DNA of 64,000 nucleotides from Podarcis liolepis (Eukaryota), in assembly GCA_965112155.1 (NCBI GenBank), contig OZ218103.1. The stretch is one strand, 5' to 3'. The translations under genes were made by a program, and so were the position numbers. Of this stretch, positions 33,954 to 44,800 are shown piece by piece; positions within the stretch are counted from its first letter, which is position 1, and each line of letters opens with the position of its first letter. The notes below the pieces were generated by a model. It was given only the letters and a program-made list of their open reading frames with translations, did not search any database and was not told the origin of the DNA.

Positions 33954-36900
33954 ATAGCCTGAAGTTCAAGATCCTGGATGTCGGAAGATCAGGACACTGA
34001 CTGCAGGGGCAAGATGGCTGCATTTGCCAGTATGCGTACTTTATGCTATGGGATTCCTGCAGTGACATTGCCCTCTCTTGTTCCAGAAAAGGGTGTTGCT
34101 GCCCCAGGTAAATGGGTTGGACTTCCTTGCATTAACAGCCTCATACTGGTTGTTGCTGTGGTGATTGTGTTGTCTTTCCTATGTCTGATTTTTGTAAACT
34201 TCCTTGTAAATACAGAATCCATTACCTCTTGTTCCATAATCTGAATCTAATCCAGCACTTGTGGGTGGGCAGAAGCACCTTTATGGTGGTAGGAGCTGCT
34301 TTTGTCTAGATCGATCTTGAGCTGGAGTAGGCAGGTGCTGGATCATCAGCTAGATCTTATGGATTAGAATAGTTTTTATGACGCATGTGAGGCAGGAGGG
34401 GACAAACGCACGCCTAAGACTCCCTAGTATAATGCTACACATGATTAACTATCTCACAGCTGCAAGGAAGACTCGGTTGTAGTATCAGAGACTGCAGTGC
34501 AGAGCTACATGGATAAATTATTTTATTGAAAACTTATCTTTGCAAGAAAAGAGACATATCTCAGGCGCTTTGAACACTGAAGGTCTTCCACCTTTTGCAG
34601 TGCCACCATTGAAGCATAGTCTTTTTTATGGTCCTAGTTGTGCCCTAATTCTCATACCACCATCCCATTCCCACTGGAAGACATGCTTGCTTGTTTATGG
34701 CTTATTCTCACAGAATGTTCTTCTGGATGTCCACAAAGTTCCTATTTGCCTCAGTGTTTCATCTAATTATAGAACAGTTGCTTGACTCATGTGCCCTGCA
34801 TATGAATTAAACAATAGAGTTGAGGAAAAGAACCCCATACTGTATCTTAGGTGATGCATTCATTCGTTGCAGGAGGTATTTCCTGCTCTGATGAGAGGGG
34901 GTCATGCCTCTGCCAAGATGTTGCCTGCTCTCCATGTATTTTTCTAAGTCCTTATACTAAAAATAATTTAGATCTTCCGTTTGATTTGAGCAGTGGCACC
35001 TTTTTAGTTAAACAAATTTTCAATATCAATTTAGTGAGCCAATTTAATGCTGCATCCCTAGTTTTCTCATCTCACAGGTAGGTGAGGTACCCTCCCATAT
35101 CCGTTGAGAGTAGCCAGAATTATTCTGTGTTATTTTGTGGACATACATACCCATCCCGAGTGTCATGGTGAGTTCTTTGTGCTAACATAAAAAAGTAGTT
35201 CTACAGACTCTTTTAACAGGACAATCCTGCGTGTGTTTACTTGGAAGAAAGTTCCATTTTGTTCAGTGTGTTCACGGTTGCCTTTTCCTGTTGTAGCCTG
35301 CTGTATGCAGACCAGTAACTTTTATACCCTCCAGAGGTGACTTGGTGTGTGATAATTGCGTTGATTAGTGACCAATGGAGCAACCAGCTTGTATGCATGC
35401 TGGTTTTCCAAGAACCAAGAAGCATCCATTGCTAGAAGGTTTGGTTTGATAGTGTAGGGTTGAATATTCCAAGTCAGTATAATTAAGCCTGTGTATGCAA
35501 TTGCAGGAAAGGCTATGTTTTGCTATTAAATATAGAATTCAGCACCAAGAAGGAAGTTTCTAGCCCATAAGCTTTTACAAAGGTCACCTTGAAAGTGTGT
35601 GAGTATCTCTGGTGAGATCTCTGAAGCCAAAGGAGGGCTAAGTAGGACTTCTAGTGATCAGACTGTGGTGTTTTGCATAGCTCTTTACCCTTCCCTAGAG
35701 TAGCAAAATAAATTATGCAAAATGAGCAAATATGTGCACATTTGCATAATGCATACAGGCCATGGGATTCCAGTTTTAATTTTAATTTTGATGGGGTTTT
35801 TAGTGCAGAATACAAAGCCCTAGGTATAACCCTTGCCCTCAGCAGGAAGAGATTGACTGGCTACGTCTAAAGACTTCAGTTGCATGTTCTCCAGTGTGTG
35901 GCAGGCAGTGAGGCCAGTGATACCCTCAAGAAGAGCTAACTGTAAGTAACTTTGGTTTCATCAGTGTAAAAATATTGAGTGCTGGCCTATGAGGTAGCCC
36001 TCCATTCTGGTCTGGAGTTTCTCCAGCTTGCTGACTGTTTTAATGACTGAATTGTACTCTTCTCCCCCCACCCTAGCCCAGCCCTTTCAGATATTCATCT
36101 TCCATCAGAAACATGTTGGAAGGAGAGCTATGATACTTTTGGCCTGCTGCTGTCAGACCTAACTCATGCTCTACCTTCCCCTTCCCATTTCAAGTGCAAC
36201 TGGGAATCGATAGTGCATGACAATGCCCTTTGATTTACATTCTTGCTGGCAGAAAGAAAGGTCAAAGGCCAAGTTCTTCGTTTTCATAGAAAACTAATTA
36301 GACGACTCCATCGACACTGAATCAATAAAACTGATCAGGTGATTACACAGAGGGAGCCATTAAAATCCCTATGACCTTTGATCTCAAGTCCCTAACCTGA
36401 GGTGGGAAAGGCTCAGTTATATTCTCTAGTGCTTGGAGGACAAACCTCCCAAAGTGAGATGGACTGGCCTACAAGGCTTCAGTGGGTGGTGGTGGACACA
36501 GGCTTTGCTGACTCTGCTGGTTGTATCTAGTATGTTCTCATTTCAACCCCTACTGCATGAATGGTCATGTGGATGGAAAGGCATGGCAGACATAGACAAA
36601 GGGTTGATAAAGCAATTACCTTCTGCAGTGGTGTCATAAAGAGAGAGGTGGCCCTAACTGGAACAGACCCCCAAACTTTTCACTGCTACAATGGGAGGGG
36701 AAAGAACAGAGACCTACACTGAAAGGGGATCGTGATTTATTTGGGGCTTTGTCTTAAGCTACGGAGTCAATTAGTATGTTCTCCAAGCAGCTTGCTTTGT
36801 TTTCAATCTCCCATTTGTCATTGTTGTCTAAATCATAAAAGATTGTTCACATTGGTGCATAAGCCATCTTAGGTCATGTAGCACTAAACAAACATTTGGT

Positions 36901-38692
36901 AATTATTCATTGGCCTTCTGTGTTCAAGTTTATTTGACTTCTATAAAATGAGTCATGATTTTTTTAACATGTAGCTCCAGGCTTTGCTCTGTTTTACATG
37001 GTATATTGTCGTAGCTAACGGAGAGAAAAGGATGGGAAACCATATAAACTTCAACAGGGGCCAGTATCTAGACCTGAGTATTGCCCTCTGTGAGCACCAC
37101 TTCTACCTGCAGATTGAGGAGGGTGCATGAGCCAAAGTGTTCTCCTGTGCCCCTGTGGCCCAAGCAGCCTATGAACTTTGTGTGCTAAGCATCCTTGATG
37201 GTGCAATGAGCCGAGGTGATAAGATGTAAATATTTGGCTTCTTCAGGATCCTCCTTTCATTGAGGGGCCCTTCAGTAATGTTAAACAGATGGTATGAAAA
37301 CATTTTAATGGTGCCCACTGATTGGCAGTGGCTGCAAATACCACTTTCAGCAAAACTCAGCTCTACTTGGGAGCTCCAAATCTAAAAGGTGTCAGATACA
37401 AGCTCCACTTGCTAAGGAAGAAGCAGGATCAAACTTTAAGGTTCCTGCTTCTTCCTTTGCCGCTGCATCTTTGCCTGACATCACATTATGTCAGGTGTGA
37501 GGCAGGTAAGTGTGACTTGGACAAAATAGCCCCTGAGGCCTGATTAGGGCTGTGGGCTGGAGGTTTCCCACCCCTGGTGTAGAGCACAGGGCAGGAGGCT
37601 TATTGTAAAGGAAAGTATGACCTATTCTCAAGATACTTTCCTGGGGAAGAACTCATAAGGAAGCAGCTTTTGTTTTGGCTACAGATGGGAATATGTGGGT
37701 GATTTTCTCTCATGAAGGTACATGATACTTGTGTCACAAAACAATCCCAGAACGCAAATCCATTTAAGGATGGGAGAAACATCTGTGCAGTTACTGCCAG
37801 ATTACATGGGCAGTTGAAGAGGTATTGGGAAAAGGAGTTTACTTAGCAGCATATTTCAGATAAAGCCTCCCCCCGGCCCCACTCCCTTACAGCATACAAG
37901 GAGCCAGGTTCCTTTCCCCCAAACTTTATTCATGTGGCACATTTACAGCAAGGATGGGAATAACGAGCCAATGAGGAGGTCAGGTTGGGTTCAGCTGGAA
38001 CATCCACACACCATGCATTATTTACCGGTAAGGCCCAGTGCCTGTATCAGCTCACAGCCTGACTCTTGGTGTGGCTCCCAGGTAGGTGGCAGCTGGAGCC
38101 TATCCATCTGGGGATCCATTCAGCAAAAGCTAGGGCAGAAGGTTTTAGGAAAATACTGAGCTGGGAGAGGGCGAGTCATTCTTTATTTCCCTCTTCCCAC
38201 ACTGGACCAAGGTGATGGGAATAGGATAGGAAGAATAGGCCACACCTCTCAAAGCAACAAGTCAGTTGCAGCCGTTGTAGGAGGAGGAGGAAGTCAGGTG
38301 AGCAAAGGGGCAGTAACAGAGATGTCAGTCAATTTGCAGATCCCTGCTGGGTAATGGGAACACAACCCCCTGCTGGGCTAGCAGTAATGGGCACGTCCAC
38401 TGCCTGCAATGGACTGCATGCTCCATAGGGGGGCCATGCGCAAGTGCAGGGTGGATGCACAGTAGGGTTCCCCATGTTCTGAGGAGGCATGAGCAAGGGA
38501 TCACAGGGTTCAAGAAATGCAGGACATGGCGGTGAGCATCAGCCAGGATGCTCCTGCCTACGATAACCCCTGCTGAATGAAGCCCCAGGGAGATAGGTGG
38601 CTCTTGGTGGGCAGGGAATACAGGCACTTTACCTTGAACAGAAAGAGCCGAGCTTCCTCAGATCACATACAGAAGGAATCAGAGGGTTAGTG

Positions 38693-38698
38693 TTTATT
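38693..38698 (-). terminator. ERI3: Probable ERI3 polyadenylation signal (AATAAA on - strand)
   Basis: TTTATT on + about 550 nt past the ERI3 stop. On the - strand it is followed by a U/GU-rich tract (ttccttctgtatgtg). Confidence 0.6.
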
Positions 38699-39250
38699 CA
38701 AAACAGAAGGGAAGGAGGGAAGAAGCCTGCCGAAGAAGGGGGGGGGGCTGTCTGGATGCTGCTCAGTCAATATTTAGCTGACACGCAGGAGACACAGTAA
38801 CAGATTCACACAGGAAAAGGGGAGGGGGGCTTGACCGCGGTTGTTGCGATATTGGACTCAAAGTAATAAGGGCGAGTGCCCCAAACATGGCGCCACGGTC
38901 TTGCTACAGGCGCAAATATGAGCAGAGAGAGAGAGAAAGATGCCAATGGAAATCGGAAGCCAACAAAAGGGAAAACAATCTACGTCTCTAACCATGTGGA
39001 GCAAGCGCCCTAGGGGGCTGCAGGCTGGGCCAGGCCGGGCAGGCAGCCGGCCCCAGAGAGGGAGTCACGTCAGGCCTACACAGAGATTCCAGTTCCATAT
39101 ATACAGCCTCTACTGGCAGAACAGCAAAACTGACGGAGTCGTGGGGTTGCTCGTTCCTCTGTCCTCTTTCTGTCGTTCGAATGCTCCAGCCCATCACGCC
39201 CAGGTAGCAGGAGCCGGCCGCATGCAGCCCTGTCTGGCCGGCCCCAGAGA

Positions 39251-39333
39251 TCAAAAGGGCTTGGAGGTCTGCTTGAAGATGAACCCTCTGTGAGCCAGTG
39301 TCTTCATGATGTTGGCAATGTTCTTGCAGTCAT
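39251..39333 (-). CDS. ERI3: ERI3 (ERI1 exoribonuclease family member 3) last coding exon: (D)DCKNIANIMKTLAHRGFIFKQTSKPF*
   Basis: The reverse complement reads ctttctttcttttactggcag|AT GAC TGC AAG AAC ATT GCC...CCC TTT TGA, the ERI3 C-terminus. The tail-to-tail DMAP1-ERI3 order is the same as in mammals. This exon is not in the ORF track. Confidence 0.94.
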
Positions 39334-41804
39334 CTGCCAGTAAAAGAAAGAAAGGGCGTGAGAACGGTCATGTTATTCTTCTTCTTCTTATTTATTTCAT
39401 TTCTATACCACTTCATATTTTAAAGAAAAATCTCAAAGCGGTTTACAGTTAAAACATCAATAAAACAATGTTGAATTGGACAGGTATGAAAATGCTTGGA
39501 AAAAAGGATCACACACATACCCCATACTTATAGGCAGTACTTTGCTTCTAGAAAAAAAGCTGCCGGTATTGGGTATCCTTGAGTACCGCCAGGAAAAAAA
39601 GCACTGCATACAACAATCCACACATAAAAGCTGACCTTTCACAGACATATGTGCCCATAAGCATGCATGCATGCATGCAAACACCTCTATGATTCATGCA
39701 CACCCTAGATTTGCTGGCAGCATGGAATGTCTTCTGCTTCTGCTTGTCCCACCACTTTCCCCTGGGAAAACCTGCTCTTTACCACTGAATCGGAGCAAAT
39801 GCCAGTTGGGATTTTGGCGTGTTGATGTTTGCTCTGATTCAGAGGTAAAGAGTGGGTTTTCCTGGGGAAAGAGGCAAGGCAAATGGAAAACTGCTCAGAG
39901 CTGTGCCTAAAAAGCATGGGACAAGCAGAAAGCCTCTTGGAAAGCTGAAGTGTGGATGAGCCTTTTGTCTCATCCCTACTTAAGCTTCCTGACTATGGCA
40001 AGTAGATCTTCACGGCGCATTCTGCCATTTCCAATAAAGTGGGATATGGACTCAGCGGACTCAGCTGTGTTACTGTTCTACAAAGATATCTTGAATTAGG
40101 TGTGCAAAAGATTTTGATGATGATTTAAGTAAATTTCCCTGCAAAATGCCCGTTTATCTAATTTATACAAAATGAAAAATTGCAAATCAACAGAATTTGT
40201 AATTTATTTATTTTTTCCAAAACAAAGGAGGCAGGGGTTTGGAGACATGAAAGGAATCTGTGAAGGGGAAATCCCCCCTCAAATTCTCTAAATGTTTGAA
40301 ATAGAAGATAAAACTCCTGGCAACACCACTCATCTATTTTTTCATCCTGAAGCATTAACAGAAGCTGGTCGCATTTCTTTCTTTTCAAAAACCAACAATG
40401 AGGGATAGAAACATGCTTTTAAAGTTGCATTTCAGATTTTCTAGATTCTAGGTTCTGTATTGCATGACACACTAAATAAAAAGCCTTGATTAGGGCAACA
40501 GCTATAAATGTAGCTTTCCTGCACACTTTTGGTGTGGACTTTCATCACAGGCCCCCACTAGTTCCAGTCCAGCTCTTGCACCTTTCCTCATCTTTTATAT
40601 TGGAAGGATGACAGAAGGATGGACCGGTAAGTAGAGCAAGCTCCATTCTCTTCTGAACTAACAGGGAAGCAGGGTTGGGCTGGCTCGCATTATTTACCTG
40701 GGACTAAACGCAAGCAGAGTTTGCTAAAATAGAAGCAAGCCTTAAATTGATTCCTGGTGTCTATATTTCATGTTGAAAATTGGCTTGTAAATCCATGTTT
40801 TGATCTATGGTGGCCGTCTCCTTAAGAAAAAGCAAGAGTAAATGTGTAATTTCTCCCTTGACAGCACACGGTGGCGAGGCGATCCTTCTTCCCGCTCCCC
40901 TCCGACTCGGGACAGCTCCGCTGCCTCCCATCAGCACTCTTTCTTCCTCGCCCCACGCCTTGATGTCTCCATTTCATTAGTGTGCGCCCATTCATCACGC
41001 TGTTACCGTAAGGGTGACTTTGCCCACTTGCATGTGGCAGGCAGGGCCTGGATGACATGGGGTGGCGCTGCCACTCTGACGGGGGGAGGGAAGCAGAACA
41101 CCCACCCACACCCCTGCTAGTAAATGGATGTTGTGGCAGAAGGACAGCTGCATCATTACTGATGTGTAAATGATAAAGCAGCGCCTCCACATCCGTCTCT
41201 TAACTGTAAATCCAGGGAGTGCTTTATAATCAAGCGGCAGCGATAATAATGTGAAATTAGGTCTCTCTATCAAAGGGGGGAGGCCTTTTAATCACGGCTT
41301 AAAGGGTGCAAGCGCTGTTTATCATAATTGAACTGTATCCGGGCTAATTGTGGCCATATTTCACTGTCTAGGAGACAGGCACACCGACTGAGGAATGAAC
41401 GCCAGGGGCCGAATGGAGCAGGAAGCTGCCACCCAACCTGTCTTGGCCCCAAAGTGCAGGAGCTTGAGTATTTGGGGAGGGTGTCAACAGATACACGAAA
41501 CAGCCCCCCATCTACCTTCCCCCTGCTTAACGTATTGAAGGCTGGTAGCACAACTAGGGGGAAACAGATGACATTCTGCTCTTCAACTGCATTGGGAGTT
41601 TACATAGCTAGGCTAACAAAACCAAGCATTTTTTATCAAAAGCAACTAAAAGATGAAAATTCTGCGTTTAAAAAAATGAAAATCGGCATACACCAAGGTG
41701 CATACATTAGTCAGATTGGTAATAGCTGCAAAGAAGCAGCAGTGACTACAGAAATGGGAGGGGGGGCAAGGGATCTTATATAATGAGCAGAGCTTGCCCA
41801 TTTG

Positions 41805-41892
41805 CAATGCAACCCTTACCATGTCTACTCAGGAGTAAGTCCTATTGAATTCAGTGAGGCTTACATGTAGGTAAGTGGGGATAAGATTGCAG
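41805..41892. mobile_element. Short palindromic squamate repeat (same family as the element at ~2985-3312 that hosts the Tigger-like MITE)
   Basis: tgcaaccct…atgtctactcaggagtaagtcctattgaattcagtgaggcttac…aagattgcag. Reverse-complement similarity to ggagtaagctccattgagattaggaggacttctgtctgggtagacata. Confidence 0.6.
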
Positions 41893-44800
41893 AAAAAGTA
41901 CTCTGTAAGAGTACCCTAGAGAGCAAGGTAGATTGCAATGGAACATGTTATATGGTATGTAGCTGCAAGTAGTCAAATAGCCTACAGTTGAAGCTGTAGG
42001 CTATTTTTGGCCTCCTCAACCCTTAATTTGCTCTGTTTATGAGTTTGAGGCACACCCCAAAAAGAATTGGGTGGGGGGAACATCCATCAGCTTCATGTCT
42101 CACCCATGCTCAGCCAGAACACATTCAAAACAGGGATTGGCCATATTTGCCACAAGTCACTACTAGTATCACTTTCACCAAACTTACTGATCTTCAATCA
42201 GAAGGAAGGGAATAAAGGTATAAAGATAGAAGTTTGGCCATGTGCACACCTGAACATTGGCTGCTTCCTAGTACAGCTATCTGGCAAAGTATGTCTCTAC
42301 TTAATGGCTGAAATACAAAGCAAATAGATCCACTTCTAAATGTACAAAATGTCTGATTATCTGCTGGACATTAGCTCCCATAACTTCTCTGCCTTGTACA
42401 AAGTCTAATGGCTCATCAAATCTGTGGTGATGTTCAACATTCTTGCAGTATGTTTTTCTACCTGAAGAGCTCTGATTCCTCTCTGCCCTTGAAAACATCT
42501 CATTGATTTCCAGCTAAAGAAACCTGTGTTGTCAGGAATTGGGGAGGGTATCTCTGAGGGGTTCATATTCTTGGAATCTATGGGGGAAAGCAGACCACCA
42601 CCAATGGTCTCTCTTGATATGTGTAAAGATTTTCAAAGGGGCAAAAAAACCCACAACCTTAAACAATGGACCCTGGTAAAAACTTTGTTTACAAGTATAG
42701 GCAAAACTGAGGAACCACTATGACTTAGTGGAACAGAAACATGGACCTGGTTCTGTAGGCTCCGTATGTTCCATCTTCTCTTGAGAGATCTCCTTATCTG
42801 AGTAGATAGAAACATCAAGAGTCTCAGCCTATTGCTTGTCTACAGTAGTGCTACCTCTTTCATACACCTTCTGGATCCTGCTCTTTCATGCCCCCAGTGC
42901 CTGTTGAAGGGTATACTGCAGGCTATCTTTCCAGATGTTCATTCCTTATCCTCTATAGTTGGCCTAAACTGACCTACACCTGCTCAGCCACTCGTAATTT
43001 CCTCAGTGGGTACACACAATGAAAACATCGGGGGAGGGGGATTCTTGCTTCCAAAGCTCACTGTTTTGGTTGCTCCCCTTTGGACCATCTTTAGTTTATA
43101 TTGTCTTCTCTCTCTGTATGCCCCTTGACTGAATCCATACTGACCTTTCTACACCAAATGTTGAACTTTGATCCCCACCACCCGACCATTGCCCATACTG
43201 GGGGTTGTCATCCAATACCTGAGCACCCAAGGCAGGAGAAAACACCTGAGGATCCAAGGCAGAGGAAGTCTGCTTTAAGATTCTCTTATCTTAGCCGCAA
43301 ACCCTCTTCTGCAATATGGTGATAACTATACTGGTCTAATTCATAGGGCTGTTGTAAAGATTATTGAGATACTGTACAGGAAGAGTTCTAAACACCTGGA
43401 ATACATTACACTAATTACTTTAGTAATTATTATACATAGCATCCCAGTACAGGTGGCAGTCTGAATGAGATCACCAAAGATGGGCAATAGACAGATCTCC
43501 ATACAGATTATATTAGGTCTCCAGTAGCTAGAAGCGATCAACTGGAAGTACCCTAATGTGGGTAACGTTCTGCTACGCATTTCTACTAAAAGATCCAGAA
43601 TTAATCTGAATACTCATACATCAAGTTCTTTGATTTCTGACAACTTGCATGTGTGAAACAGTCATCGCAGATTGAATGCTACAGTCAGAGCTTTCATATT
43701 GCCCTACATCTCCCATTTAAAAAGTTTTCAATGTCGGCAATTCACAAATTTGCCTGGGAGCAACAGGTCAAGTGAAAAGCTACTACATAACACACATGGA
43801 TATGTGAAATAAATTTCCATTGCAGGAAGATTCAGGATACTAAGCCATTCGCCTGACCCAGTGCAACTGTTCTCAATTTCTTGCCATCTGTGGGCTATTC
43901 TTTCTGGGCAAATTTACTCTGGCTATGACCACATCCTGTGCCATTTGGTTGTGTTAGTGCAAAGAAAGCCAAGCTGCCAGCCTTCCCACCCTGGACACTC
44001 TTTTGTGCCCCTCTATCTTAAACCAGACTATGCCAGGTGTGTTTCAGACACTTGGTACAGGTGGCTCCTAACAAGCCATTGCAAAGCTCACTTGCCACAA
44101 GTCATTTAGCAAGACTGACTTCAAATCAGCACGAAGGTAAACACGCTTATTACAATTATCCGTGTACAAAAAAATCAACAACAGCCGAACAACTTTCTAA
44201 TATGCAATTACAGCCGCTTATTGATTTTACAATGTAATCCGCTCCGATTGATTTAATAACACAATTATAGGCTGGCTCCCGGGATATTAGTGCGGGAGAT
44301 TTTCATAAACTCCAAAGCAAAAAACTAAGCGGCTTTTAAAACAACACCGTCAGATGGCTGTTTGGGGAATTATTAGCCATATGAAATCTCCTAAATCTCC
44401 TCGTTGTTACCTTGAAAGAGTATTTTCTACAAAAATGGCAACTAAGAATAGGAGGCCACTGATCATGCAGCACTGGGTGCTTTGCTGACACTCAATCCAT
44501 TTCAAGGGTAGACACAGATGCCAAACTGTCCACATTTGAACCAGCTCTTCAATGCAGGGAACGCCACACAATTTGACCCTCTCGTGTCTAGCTGTGCAAT
44601 CCCTGCACTATAGCCAGACCTGGTTCAGTTTGCTCTTGCAGGGTATATATTGTCTCACCCCAATTTGAATGACTTTGTTGCTTGTGCTCATCCTTTGCAT
44701 GGTGGGTTGAAGGGTTTCTGAACATTCCTCTTTCCTGTACTTTTAATACTTCCTTGCAAACAAATTAAAGACTTTGAGAAAGTTCTCCTAAAAATATATC

